A stretch of DNA of 63,839 bases, counting the filler, from Craspedostauros australis (lineage: Eukaryota), in assembly GCA_030167865.1 (NCBI GenBank). It is 8 parts of 8 records of this genome, joined end to end, with 100 filler letters (N's around TTAATTAATTAA, not from the genome) between each part and the next. Parts side by side here need not be neighbours in the genome. Positions count along the whole stretch, not along the records: positions 16,188 to 42,195 come from JALAGF010005684.1; positions 42,296 to 43,995 come from JALAGF010005690.1; 6 more parts are not named here. One strand, 5' to 3'. The position numbers were made by a program, and so were the translations under genes. The notes beneath the pieces were generated by a model that did not search any database, was not told the DNA's origin, and worked only from the letters and a program-made list of their open reading frames with translations. Shown piece after piece: positions 31,756-44,095 of this stretch. Position 1 is the first letter of the stretch. Every line of letters starts with the position of its first letter.

Positions 31756-34700
31756 TTAGCTGCAGGAAGATAGGTCTGGACCAGGACAACCAACCTTTGG
31801 GGCGCTGACGGTGTATGTTTCTGAGGGCAATGCACATGACTGGGCGTTCTTCAAGCACCGTGCGCATACATAGTTACCAACGCAGGCGCCTTCTTCGACG
31901 ACAAGGTCATTGCCTCTAGAACCGTCCAGATGAAGTTCATTGCACGTTTCACGTCCCTGACATGCATTCCTCTTGACGGTAAAACTTCCCGTTGTGATGG
32001 CAGTATTCTTGTACAATTCTCTGCAAGCGAAGAAGCCCTGGCACGCGTTGGTCTCGATACTGATATCGACTCGGATTGGTGCTGCGGTGTTGCCTTGACT
32101 CGTGCGTTGTCCCAGCCTTACACAAGCATTCAACCCGCCAGTGCAAGCCCCGTTTGCAACTCTCACATTACCATAGACGTCTATGCCTATTTCCCTGCAA
32201 TTCCCCGCATCGCTACAAGTGTTTGGACCAATCACCTTGTAGCCAAGCTGGGCAGCCGGGTTTGGCGTCGTGGTGAACGAACCAAAACCGGCGCATGAAC
32301 CATTTGCGTTGCAGCTGTCAATGATGATAGTGTTTTCGGCCACAAGATTGCAGGCATTTTCTGAGGCGTTGCATGAACCTTCGGTAATCGTCATCACGCC
32401 AGTGGAAGGACTGACCACACACGCGTCGCTTCCTGTGCAGCAATTGCCATTGCAGGCTGTCGTCAACTGGGGTCCACCACCAGTGAGGAGTTTCTCGGCC
32501 GCCACTCTTGTCAACAATAGTTGGGTCACCTCTGCGTCATTCTTGATACTGTTGAAGCGTTTCTGGGCCACATCCTGCGACACAGCCCCCCCTGATGGTC
32601 CGCAGCCAAAGATACTTTTGATCATCTTGGCTTTGCCATCGTCGAGTCCGTTGATGGAATCGACAAAGTCGGCACATGTTCCGGTCGCGCCGTCGCAGCT
32701 GATTAGGTAGGCGACGGGGTTGAATTTCGATGATCCATTTCCAGGAGTTTCGAGACAGCCAACTAGAATGGTGGCTGGGGAACCGGTTGGCGCCATCGTG
32801 ATCGTTGGTACTTCACTTGGTACTTCACTCGGTGCCATGGATTCCGAAGGAGCTAAGGTGGGGGTGTCTGACGGCACAGTCGATGGGCTGTCAGATGGGG
32901 TTTCAGTCGGCATTGAGGTCGGTTGGTCAGACGGAAGATCAGATGGTTGGTCAGATGGGGCGCTGGAAGGTTGGTCGGACGGAGTGTCGGACGGTTGGTC
33001 GGACGGAAGATCAGATGGAGTGTCTGATGGGAGTGAACTTGGGTTGTCCGAGGGCAGTGAGCTTGGGACATCAGATGGTTCGCCAGATGGGATATTGGAA
33101 GGTTGGTCGGAAGGAGCGACGGACGGGAGTGAACTTGGGTTGTCCGAAGGCAGTGAGCTTGGGACATCGGATGAAATTTCGGAAGGAATGCCGGAAGGAG
33201 CCGTGGAAGGTGATGCGGTTGGCATATTCGACGCCAAGATCGTTGGATTAGAGGTAGGTATTCCTGTGGTTGTCGGAAGAGGAGTTGGAAAGAAGGTCGG
33301 GGTCTCTGTGGGCAAGCTGTCTCTCTCGATGCAGTACTCCTCCACCTTCTTTCCAGTTGGGATGCCAATGGATCCCTTGGGGCAAGCTCCATCGGTGTTG
33401 CTGATGAGATACGCCCCACCGTTGTCGCAGTCGTCTGCGGTGATGCATCCCCTGCAGGTGCCGGCGACACTGCACTCACCAGGAGCGACGATGATATCCA
33501 TTCCCAACCTGTCGTTGAAGCCAATCTTTTCGCAGGAGCGGTCCTGTGTGCAAGTGCCGTCGCCGATGGTCAGACTCCCTTTGTACTTGCCGGCAGTGCC
33601 ATAATTTACTGTAGAATGGGCATCCTTGCAGGCATCGATGCCAACGCATGCATTCGGTCCAATGTTGATGTGGCTTTGGAAGCGGATGGGGAGTCTCTGC
33701 TCACTGCGGCGTCCGGTTGCGTTGCATGTGTCTGGGCCAACACAAGAGGCATCCAGGACGACGACATTGCCGTAAGAGCGATGCCCCACTCCCTCGCATG
33801 ATCCTGGATTGGTGCACGAGTCTTCACCCACGAAGGTGATTCCCACAACGGATGGATTGAGATCATTTTCATTCAATGATTCGCATGCACTCACGCCAGT
33901 GCAGGAGGAATCGAGGATGAGGGGATTGGGTCCAATGTTCTTGCATGCGCTATCGCCGGTGCAACCAGTGATGGCGACGGTCATGAATGGTGGAGAGCTG
34001 GAAGCGGAGGCGGCGGCAGAAGTGCACCCCGAGGATCCCTGGCAACATGGGTCTGCGACGGCAGGCGATTGCATCGCAGCGATGGCCGCGCATGCTGCCT
34101 TCATGGCATCCGGACGTTCGGTGACGAGGATCGCGTTGGTGGCGACGATCATCGTGAGTTGCTCAGCGAGCACGGCGTCCGTTGCGTACTTGTTAAAGAG
34201 CTTGCGCGCGGCGCCTTCGCCCAGATCTCCAGCGCAACCGAAGAAGTTCTGCAGCTCTGCGGATTCCTTGACAGCGGTCACGGCCTCGCGGCACGATGGG
34301 TTGGTGGCATCGCAGATGATGGTCTTGGTGCTGGCTTCGGCAAGGGCGGTGTCACCGTCCGGCTTACAAGCGACTTCGATGGTGGCATCGAAGGAGTCTG
34401 GGTCAGATGTTGGTTGAGTAGTAGGCGACATTGAGGGCATCTCAGTTGGAGGGCCCGTCGGAGGGGCAGTCGGTTCATGCGTCGGCGAGGCAGTCGGCGG
34501 ACCCGTGGGTCCAGCAGTCGGCGAGACAGTCGGCAACGCGGTTGGCGCAGACGTCTCGGGAGCACCCAGGTTGTCTGTGGGAGGCTCCCGTTCGGCCTTG
34601 TTTTGTTTCGCCGCCTTCTCGTTGCCATCAACGCCGATCTTGAGGGCGCGGATCCTGTTCGTCGCCGTGCGGAGTTCCTTGGTTGGATCCACGGGGGTCC

Positions 34701-34863
34701 GGTTGCCACGGAGAACGGCGTGAGTCAATGCCATGTTGGAGAGGAAGAGCACAGCCACGATGGCTGCCTTCATGTTGATCATGCGGATCATGGTTGCTGT
34801 TTGCTGCTTGCTGCTTGTCGGTTGCTTGGATTGTGTGCTGCGATTCATTTTCGCGTTGGACAT
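31756..34863 (-). CDS. Secreted Cys-rich protein with two homologous modules and mucin-like (S/T)xxP linkers
   Basis: Signal peptide MKAAIVAVLFLSNMALTHA (true start probably 34791 or 34773); PT/PS tetrapeptide tracts; repeated [SA]C-x-G-x-x-[AS]C motifs. Confidence 0.85.
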   Translation of the reverse strand: MSNAKMNRSTQSKQPTSSKQQTATMIRMINMKAAIVAVLFLSNMALTHAVLRGNRTPVDPTKELRTATNRIRALKIGVDGNEKAAKQNKAEREPPTDNLGAPETSAPTALPTVSPTAGPTGPPTASPTHEPTAPPTGPPTEMPSMSPTTQPTSDPDSFDATIEVACKPDGDTALAEASTKTIICDATNPSCREAVTAVKESAELQNFFGCAGDLGEGAARKLFNKYATDAVLAEQLTMIVATNAILVTERPDAMKAACAAIAAMQSPAVADPCCQGSSGCTSAAASASSSPPFMTVAITGCTGDSACKNIGPNPLILDSSCTGVSACESLNENDLNPSVVGITFVGEDSCTNPGSCEGVGHRSYGNVVVLDASCVGPDTCNATGRRSEQRLPIRFQSHINIGPNACVGIDACKDAHSTVNYGTAGKYKGSLTIGDGTCTQDRSCEKIGFNDRLGMDIIVAPGECSVAGTCRGCITADDCDNGGAYLISNTDGACPKGSIGIPTGKKVEEYCIERDSLPTETPTFFPTPLPTTTGIPTSNPTILASNMPTASPSTAPSGIPSEISSDVPSSLPSDNPSSLPSVAPSDQPSNIPSGEPSDVPSSLPSDNPSSLPSDTPSDLPSDQPSDTPSDQPSSAPSDQPSDLPSDQPTSMPTETPSDSPSTVPSDTPTLAPSESMAPSEVPSEVPTITMAPTGSPATILVGCLETPGNGSSKFNPVAYLISCDGATGTCADFVDSINGLDDGKAKMIKSIFGCGPSGGAVSQDVAQKRFNSIKNDAEVTQLLLTRVAAEKLLTGGGPQLTTACNGNCCTGSDACVVSPSTGVMTITEGSCNASENACNLVAENTIIIDSCNANGSCAGFGSFTTTPNPAAQLGYKVIGPNTCSDAGNCREIGIDVYGNVRVANGACTGGLNACVRLGQRTSQGNTAAPIRVDISIETNACQGFFACRELYKNTAITTGSFTVKRNACQGRETCNELHLDGSRGNDLVVEEGACVGNYVCARCLKNAQSCALPSETYTVSAPKVGCPGPDLSSCS

Positions 34864-37800
34864 GAATAGAGCAGCGCAGCGTAGAGCAGTGCGGAGTGGG
34901 GGAGCATGCGCACTCGTACCGGTGGGATACGAGAGGTGCGGGATTGAGTTGAGTTGGGCGGAGCAGAGTAGAGCGGGGTTGGGGGCGATGACACATTATG
35001 CCACCAGCATGCAAAGCAAGCACATGATCGGAACGACAAGGGCGGGGGGGGGGGGGACGCGTGACATCACTACGCATCACACCTCCCATGACGATGGCAT
35101 CTGACCCGGTGGGAGCGTCCTCCCCAGATGCTGCTGGTGATGCTGCTGGTGATGCTGATGCTCCAGATGTGTGTGTCTGCTTGAGGCAGCACGCTGTGTC
35201 GGGCAGGACGAGCGCTGCGAACGAATCCTCCCGACATTGGTTCCTCGCCATGCAGACATTCAGTCATCCTGCCAACCTGCATTTGCAATTGATCGACGCC
35301 CGCAACGCACCTTTGGTTTGTATCTGGCTTTGGCCGGAGAGAAGCTTGTGATCACCTGGCAATGCTTGTCCATTGCAGCGTGGTGATGCTGTGCTTTTCT
35401 GTACAATCTGTTCGTCGATTGTTTTTGTGAGAGATGCTGTGTGGATGTTGTCGGAGGCAAGGAAGTGATCTTCGCAGACGCAGACGCAGCGTGCGATGGA
35501 CACTGTGGTATTGTTGTTGCATCAACGACAGATGAACACTCCTCCCTCCGCTACTCTGCTCGTGCGTGCCCACACCCACACCCACTTGTGAAGTCGAGTA
35601 TTTGGAGGGACATTGCTCGTTCGTTCGATCCTTCATCTCTTCAACATGGTCCACCCGGCGTGATCCGCACCAGCGACGGCTGGTTCCAATACAAAGAGAT
35701 TCGTTCCAGTGTTGTCGGTGCGTGTGCGTGATATTCATACGAATTGGAGCAGTTCGACCCCGCTTCGTTCGCGCTCGCGTTGATGGCGTGCTTGGTCCAA
35801 GTTGCACTCTGGTGCACCAACTGTTGGGGATGGTTGGTCAGCCCCAACAGTTTCCACCCCAACAGTGTCCACCCCAACAGTTTCCACTTGCGACACATGA
35901 CTTTGACCACGATGCGTCTATTTTCTCCATGACCACCTTCACTCATGGCTCAATGTTCTCGCTCCGAGGTGTGGTCACCACCACCTCCACGAGAGCTAAT
36001 CGCTCCGCCAATAGCATTTCCCGATCGGCTTGATTTATTGGTTTGTGCCGCGAAGAAACTCCAGGAATGACATCTGCGTTGAATTGGTGGCGCGGCCAGG
36101 ACACATGACCGTGGGCGGTCTGCGAAAATCAGGCCTGGCGACAACAAAGGATCTGTTGACTTCTCATCACGGGGTTTAGGACGAGGAAAGTGTGTTGGCA
36201 TGTTTGTACAGAGGTGTGTTGGCGTTCTTGTTGCCGCTAATGCTGGCAAACCAATTCTCCGACTCGTGCCATTCTCCCGATTCGGACATTCGTTGGATGG
36301 AACTCGTAAGATCGACCAAGGGCTCCAATGTGACAACCTGTGTCATCATCTCGTATGTGGTCCTGTTGCAACCATCCGATTCATTGGTAGAAGACAGAGA
36401 CATACTGGAATGCAACATGAGAGAGCCAGAGCGTTGGATGGAGTTGCCAAGAGTCATGCCGCAATTCAACGTGCTCCATGGTGCTATGCTTGCGGATAAC
36501 GCAGTCGAACAGTCCTCTCCATCATTCTAAGCCCATGTTCCGTCTCTGCCAAAGTAACTCTGCCATCCCAAAAAGCAGCGTAACAGCAGCGACGTTTGTA
36601 TCAGCGTAATTATTCGCAGCGACATTGTTAACCGCATCATGAGTGTGTGCACGATCAGGAGCGCAGCTGAGAGCAAGGCCAAGACCAAGCTCATCGCCAT
36701 GGACGTCACCGTTGTTTGTGGGCAAAGCGCACCCTCCACGGAGATCGGAAAAGCCTGGGCCCGAGAAACGCGGACGTGAAGGCAAACTCGTGCGCCCTGG
36801 ACTCAACAAGTGATGTGACGAGACGACGAAAGCAGGAAGTGTTCGTGGCGACTTCGCAGCCCCTCTGGGGCGCATCAATTCCCACTTGCGACTCGCGACG
36901 AACTATCAACGCTCCAGAAACAGGAAAAGACAGACAGAGAGAGAGAGAGAGCGACAAGATCAACTCACAGCGGACGCGCTGGCCGATTCGCACGTGTTGA
37001 GTGCGAGGCATGATGCTTCACTCCGGCGTTGAGTGCTCTCTCTCCCACACACACAGTTCTGCACGTTGCTCAAAATGACTGCTGGATACTTAAGGAACGG
37101 CATCATTCGAAAATCGGATCCATGACCACCGGAAACCACAAACGCAGATCCCATTTCAATGAGTACCAGTCGGAGAGCGTGAACCCATTTTTCAATAGTA
37201 CCCGCAGACAAAGTGTGTACTCTGTGTCTGTGGTACCAAGTGGAATGAGATCAGGCAAGTCCTGAACCTTGGCGTCCTGGGGTTCCGGTAGTGTTGCAAT
37301 TGAATATCAAATTGAGTTTCTTCGCATGTTCACACATGTCACATGATTTCAGCATCCACACCTGTGCAACCCATACAGAGCCCCGCGCCACAATGGTTGG
37401 CGAGACAAACCAGAGTACACAAACAGGAGGATAGTAGTTGTACCAGTGTCAGGCGGCACAAATAGAGAGCAGTCATACGATCTAGGCATCGCCAAGCCGT
37501 CAACCCACTTGCTCACAAATCGGCAATGGACAACCATCAATCACCCACTGCAACGCCTCTTGCGATGTTCATTCATTCTGGAATAGTTCGTAGATCATGC
37601 CTTAGCTCTGTGAGCCTGCATCACCCCACGCAATGTCAGACCTGCAAGGCACAGGGATTCCACTGAAACTGGTGTCCGGATGTTTGTGGTCAGTCCCCGA
37701 TTCAATCGTGTTTAGGACAATTGACCTCCGGCCGATCTCGCCAATCCCACATTGCTGACTTTCATCTGAACCGTTTATTTGACGCTATAAGCGGTATTCA

Positions 37801-38264
37801 TCAGCCGAGTACTCTCAACGTTTGCCAAGGAACATGAGAGGCTCCCGCTTGTGGGCGTTGGGGTCGAAAGTTGAGATGGCTGATTTCGAAATGTTTGTTG
37901 CCCAATTATTGGGCACTCTGTACCTTCACAAGGCTGCCCAGAGACATTTTTGGCGCGAAACGACGTTTGGAAGCTTTCGTCTCCCCGAAGCAAATGGCTT
38001 CCCTAGTTCAACCACCTCAGCGAGGCAGGTACACAACAATCGCAGACACGACCTTGAAGGGGTGATGCGACTGCTCGTGTTTTCACTTTTCTGTCGAAAC
38101 GGGACCACGCCAATTCGCTTTCGTTCCCGAGGTCGAACGGGAAGATCGCAACGCAAGAGGAAGGGTCGGCTGATGGAATCTCGCCACAACATGACCAAAG
38201 GAGACAGAATGCATCCAGAGCGGAGATTGCGCAAGATGATCAAGGGCAGACAGAGAACCCTTTG

Positions 38265-38341
38265 AGCAGAGCACTCGTTGAGCACAACACTCGTTGAGCA
38301 GAGCAGAGCAGAGCAGAGCAGAGCAGAGTAGAGCAGAGCAC
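38265..38341. repeat. (AGCAG)n microsatellite just upstream of the STAND gene
   Basis: Directly visible. Confidence 0.85.
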
Positions 38342-38352
38342 AAGTTGGAGCC

Positions 38353-41300
38353 ATGAAGTCAAGCAGATCATCTCCGGCCATTGCGCTTGATGTGCTCACG
38401 TCAGGGCGTGAGTTCTACGATGATGGATACACGGAGCAGGAGCAAAACGAAGTTAATCTGCCGTCCACGTACCAACCCGTTCCCATCGGGTCGCCCAGCA
38501 GCAGTATCTACAGGGCCAGCAGCAACAGCACTCGGAACGGGAATCGGACTGTGCATGGGAATGACAACAGCAGCCATGATGGCGGTTTCGTCAGCCACAT
38601 AACCAAACCGTCCTGTGATGCAACTCTATCGGCGTCGACCGCCACAGACAAAGACACAGACGCAGGAGCTTCATCCGAGATGGTCCATCAGCCATTCTTC
38701 GGAAGGACGGCAGAAATCAACAAGCTCAAATCCATCCAACGCAGAATCATGAAGGACAGCAGCGATTCAAGCCATTCATCGACCGCATACCCAGCCGTGC
38801 TGGTGTGGGGAACAAGCGGAACGGGAAAATCCTGCATGATCGAGCAGTTCATCGATGAAACCTGCTGCACTTGCAAGGCAGCAACGACGAATACGCCATC
38901 GCGGGCATCAGCGGACGCAGACAATGGGACCAACCACTGTTCGTGTTGCTACGTCTTGCGCGGAAAGTACGATGAAGGAACAGGTGGAAGCGAGCCATTC
39001 TCTGGCATCATCCAGGCTCTCGATGATTTGGCCATGCAACTCCGTCACGGTCCGCAGGAGGAGCTTGACCGAGTGCGATCTTTGATTCGGAATGCGTTCA
39101 GTAACAACAGAAAAAGGGCGAACAAAGCCAACAATGCTGCAGGTCTCACCCACAATACTCATAATGACGATGAGCAAGCGAAGAAGCCAGGCACGGACTC
39201 TGGACTGGAGCTCTCTGGTCTCACGACGTTGGTGCCGTCGCTCTCCATTCTCTTGAGTACTGGTGGTGCCGTGACTAGCCCATCCATCGTATCTCAATCA
39301 ACCAAGTCTCTTGCATCAGGGGGTAACACCAACCCACATGACGACCAGGCATCTTTGGCGCATGTGCCGATCTCCGCTTCTTCATCAGCTGGAAGCTCCC
39401 GAAACGCGTGGAACCGTCTCCAGTACGTCTTCATCCAGTTCATGAAGGCCATCTCCACGCCCACCAAGCCCATCTATCTCTTCCTCGACGATTTGCAGTG
39501 GTCATCACCTGTGGGATTGGAGCTGCTTGCAGCGCTCATCTCGGATTCCGACATGAACAGTTTCATGTTGCTTGGTGCCATCCGGCAGGACACGGATCCA
39601 CACAACGATGAGATCGTCGAGCTGGAAGTGGACGCACCTTTGCGGACGTCATTCCTCGATCGTTTGGTGTCGTCCGATGATGATGATGACGCGGCCGCTG
39701 TTGATGTTGCTGGTGGTGGCATCGGCGCAAATGCCGCGGACACTCACCAAGGCGAAAAGAACTCAAGCGGAACAGGTCAACATGCCTCAGGCAAGGCAAT
39801 GGAAGGACACCATCAGCCACATCTCGAACAGATCACCATCGCCAACCTCTCCCTGGATGACACGACCCAGTGGCTCTCCGACATGTTCGACCGTTCGCAA
39901 GATGATGCTGACTTGCGCGTCCTCACGAAGAAGCTCCACAAGAAGACACGCGGCAACGTCCTCTTCACGCTCCAAGCCATCGAGGAGCTGAAGCGCAAGA
40001 ACATCATCGTGTTCAGCCGCATCACGTTCATGTGGGAATGGAATCTTCCAAGGAAGAACAAGCGCCAGAACGCAAACGTATCGATCGGCTTCGAGAACAA
40101 CAGTGCTCCTCATGGTGGCCTTGGTGGCACCGGCCACGATGGTGGGAGCGATGCTCGGAATGATGACGACGAGGATGACGATGATGATCTTCCCATCAGC
40201 GACAACATTGTCGCTATCATCGAGACTCAGCTCAGACAGCTACCAGATGATGTTCAGCACGTGCTGTCGATCGCATCGTACATTCGAGCTCGCTTCGACC
40301 TCTTCACCCTCCACAAGGTGCTGGAACACGAGCAAGCACATGCTGTCAACATCAGCGACGCCAGCGACGCCAGCGACACCAGCAACACCAGCAACACCCA
40401 CGCTGGTGGCCCCAACAGCAGAAAACAGGCCACCGATCAACCTGCACAGACGGGTTTATGGACACAATCCAGGGTCGCATCTGTCCTGCAACAAGCCGTC
40501 ACTGAACGACTCGTTATCAAGTCAATCACCGCCAAGGACAGATACCAGTTCGTCCACGATCGAATCCAGCAAGCCGCATCCGGACTCGTTCCGTACGGCG
40601 AGATCAGGGACAAGCTGAGGGTGAGGATCGGCCATTGTCTGCTGGACATGTGCACAGCATCACAACCAAGCTCCCCCGTTGAACTTCCAGCCAGGCATCA
40701 GGATGGCCGACAGGATGATCAACACGACATCCGCCACGAGCGTGCCAAGCACAGTGCCAAGGATGATGGAATCGACAACGTCGAACCATTGCAGATGGAA
40801 GACTCGCAAGAAAAGTCTCCGCATGACCATCCACATCCATCCCAACAGGACGACGCACTCCTCTTCGTCGCAGCGGACCATCTCAATAGCGTCCAAACGA
40901 AGGATCACATGTTCTCCGTCACCATGAACCTCCGAGTTGGCAAGAAGGCACTGCAGATGGCCGCCCTCGCGGCCGCCGCTGGATATCTGCACAAGGCGTC
41001 CAACGCTCTCAAGCGAGTACGAAAGCCGTGGGAAGACCACTACGACCTATCACTCCAACTATGCCAAGCCAGAGCTGAGGTCGAGCTGTCTCTCGGCCAC
41101 TTCGAGCTTGGATACAGGCTCTGCAACGAAGTGGTTGACAAGGCCAAGACGCTGGACCAGAAGCTCCAGACGTACTTCTTGATGGCGCATGCATTGGGGC
41201 GAGAGAACAAGCACGTGGAGTCGCTGTCATTGAGTCTGAGTGTGGCTCACATGCTCAATGTCCTTCCCCGTCGCTGTTACCTAATGCACATCACGAGGGA

Positions 41301-42195
41301 CATACTGAAGATCAGGTCGTACTTGAAGAATCACACAGATGACGAGATCTTGGAGTTGCCGTTGTTAGATGACCAGCGGATGGGTATTGCCATGCGAATA
41401 TGTAGCGAAATCGTGTATCGAGGCATGATTGTGAATGATACCATGCTGTTTCTACTCCAGGGATGCAAACTGATCAAAATGACCATGAAGTACGGAATTT
41501 GTGTGGGATCGGCCATTGGCTTCATGACGATGGGCATGATATTCGACAGGCTCATGAACGATTACGCTTCTGCGTTACGTTGTGCCAACATCGCACTGAG
41601 GATGATGAAGCTGACGGGTTGGGACTACTTTGCTGGACTGGTTGACATCGGCACCAATGAGTACATCTACCGATTCAGCCTGCCGGATGAAGAGATTGAT
41701 CGCCTCAATCGCAGCGCATATCACCGTTCAATGAAAGCAGGCGATTTCGAAGTTGGACTTCTGATGCTGAAGTTTCGCTACGTCGCCCACTACTTGCAGG
41801 ACTACACTTTGCAGGAGATGGGCGAAAGCATCGAGCATGCCTTACAACAATCACAAATCTACCGAGTGACCTCCATGGATGAGACTTCAATTACACTCCT
41901 GCGACTTTCGAAGACTTTGAGATGCGCGGAGAAGACTGATTGGGCGCGCATCGAAGTTCAGTCGCAAAGAGATCTCAGGAGGGATCCGCCAGATCTCTCG
42001 CGACTGTACGACATCAAATGGGAGTTCTTCACCTCTTCCGCCTTGGCCTACTACGATGGGAGGCATGAGCTTTCCTACCGGTTGATGCGGCTTTTCCGGC
42101 ATGTGGCAGACAAGAACGAACCATTCCAACTCATCAAGCATCGCCTGTTCCTGTCAGGTTTAACAGCGTCCGCCATGTACAAGCAGACCAAGCAA
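38353..42195 (+). CDS. STAND-class P-loop NTPase (AAA_16/COG3899-like) with TPR-like helical C-terminus, 3'-partial
   Basis: FFGRTAEI, Walker A GTSGTGKS, GKYDE..EPFSGI, Walker B LFLDDLQW, TRGNVLF and YQFVHDRIQQAA; runs into the scaffold end. Confidence 0.85.
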
Positions 42196-42295
42196 NNNNN
42201 NNNNNNNNNNNNNNNNNNNNNNNNNNNNNNNNNNNNNNNTTAATTAATTAANNNNNNNNNNNNNNNNNNNNNNNNNNNNNNNNNNNNNNNNNNNN
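42196..42295. other. Artificial scaffold spacer
   Basis: 44N-TTAATTAATTAA-44N. Confidence 0.97.
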
Positions 42296-43244
42296 CTTTC
42301 GTGCGGATGTTGCGTGGATCGCACAGATGTTGCCAGGGCCATTCCATTTGCGGATTGCAATGTCACGTGCACACCGAAGATGTCCAACTCTCGGTTGGTC
42401 AGCGATTCTGGAAGTTCCAGCGCAATTTCGATGGCGTACGGTTGGTTTGCCTTCAACGCGGAGCGAGGTCGTGGTTTGGGGTGATGGCGGTCAAGGTATG
42501 GTTCCCATTGCGTGTGCTTGGTGAAAAGATCGGCAGTTGCTCAAGGCGATCGTTGCAAGGCACGCCGCTGATCNNNNNNNNNNNNNNNNNNNNNNNNNNN
42601 NNNNNNNNNNNNNNNNNNNNNNNNNNNNNNNNNTTGAGCTTGCCCATGCGATGGTGGTGGTGATGAGTGGGAGACTGTCTCCTGTTGCGACTCGACGCCA
42701 GCTTCATGACTGCTCTCGCTGTTGCTGCTGCTGTTGCTGCTGTCATGATGGCTATATCTGTCTCATATTGTTTGCATTCTTGTAACCCTTCTTTCTCCAT
42801 TTGGTGCTTTCCGTCCTCCCTCATCCGCACTCGGATCTGTTTCTGCTGCTGCTCCAGCCACCATTGTTGCACGAGATGATGTTCAGTTGGATGGATGGAC
42901 ATCTCAGTGGAATCGAAGTAGAGTGGCATCGTGATGTCGTGGGATGGCATCACAACGATATCGAACAGTCCGTAGGACAACACGGATGTCAAGAGGATCA
43001 CCATGACTATGCTCCAGCAGATGACGAGCTTTTCCAACAAGGGAATGAAGCCCATGAATCCATCTGCGCTGGTTCTGCTGTCATTATCGTTGTCATTGTT
43101 GTTTGCACCGTGGTTGCCATCTCCGTCTGTTGCATTGTGCACGAAAGATGAGCGATGCAAGATGCTGGAGTTTCCATTGCTCATCGCGATGGCTGTCGTT
43201 GCCCATGATGGCACGGGCAACCCGTACGCAGACGAGAGCAACAG
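42296..43244 (-). pseudogene. Seipin (BSCL2/Fld1 family) fragment, frameshifted near 42455
   Basis: TM helix followed by MPSHDITMPLYFD, then in another frame LKANQPYAIEIALELPESLTNRELDIFGVHVTL..GMALATSVRS (seipin lumenal ELPES-x2-N motif). Confidence 0.7.
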
Positions 43245-43995
43245 NNNNNNNNNNNNNNNNNNNNNNNNNNNNNNNNNNNNNNNNNNNNNNNNNNNNNNNN
43301 NNNNNNNNNNNNNNNNNNNNNNNNNNNNNNNNNNNNNNNNNNNNNNNNNNNNNNNNNNNNNNNNNNNNNNNNNNNNNNNNNNNNNNNNNNNNNNNNNNNN
43401 NNNNNNNNNNCGCTTCCACTTCCAAGGATGCTTGCGCTTGCTCGTCGCAATCAGTATCATCCACCACAACAGTCCTTCTGTGCTCTGCTTTGCTCCGTCC
43501 AACCCTCCTCTTGCAGGTCCAAAACAATCATTGCCGCAAGGTGCTTCCTCTTGTTGTGTCGTCTTCCTCCTTTGATTCTTGGTAGCGACGTGGTGTTGGG
43601 ATTGTTGGCATACATACGTTGGCCATCGGTTGGCCATCGGTTGGNNNNNNNNNNNNNNNNNNNNNNNNNNNNNNNNNNNNNNNNNNNNNNNNNNNNNNNN
43701 NNNNNNNNNNNNNNNNNNNNNNNNNNNNNNNNNNNNNNNNNNNNNNNNNNNNNNNNNNNNNNNNNNNNNNNNNNNTCTCCAAAGACGTACACTTTGTGAG
43801 TGTTGGTAGTCGCAAGGCACATAATTTCACAACTGACGAGCCTCACTCATCCTGATCTCAAGTGGCGATTACGAGTCTTGTGGAGTATTGACAACACAGA
43901 CTCAGCGGAAATGAGTCCCGTGGAGCTACTGACTAAATGCATGTTGCACACAACTCGTTATGAAATTATGACTGGTCTCCCAGAAGCGTTCAAAA

Positions 43996-44095
43996 NNNNN
44001 NNNNNNNNNNNNNNNNNNNNNNNNNNNNNNNNNNNNNNNTTAATTAATTAANNNNNNNNNNNNNNNNNNNNNNNNNNNNNNNNNNNNNNNNNNNN
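43996..44095. other. Artificial scaffold spacer
   Basis: 44N-TTAATTAATTAA-44N. Confidence 0.97.

Noticed and set aside
18644..34869. Many short antisense or alternate-frame ORFs over the large genes (e.g. 32720-33604, 27514-28272)
   Set aside because: These are shadow ORFs of GC-rich or repetitive coding DNA with no independent motifs.
18513..42195. Functional cluster of LSD1-like, Cu-ATPase, secreted protein and STAND genes
   Set aside because: No shared pathway or motif is evident; it looks like an ordinary eukaryotic gene neighbourhood.
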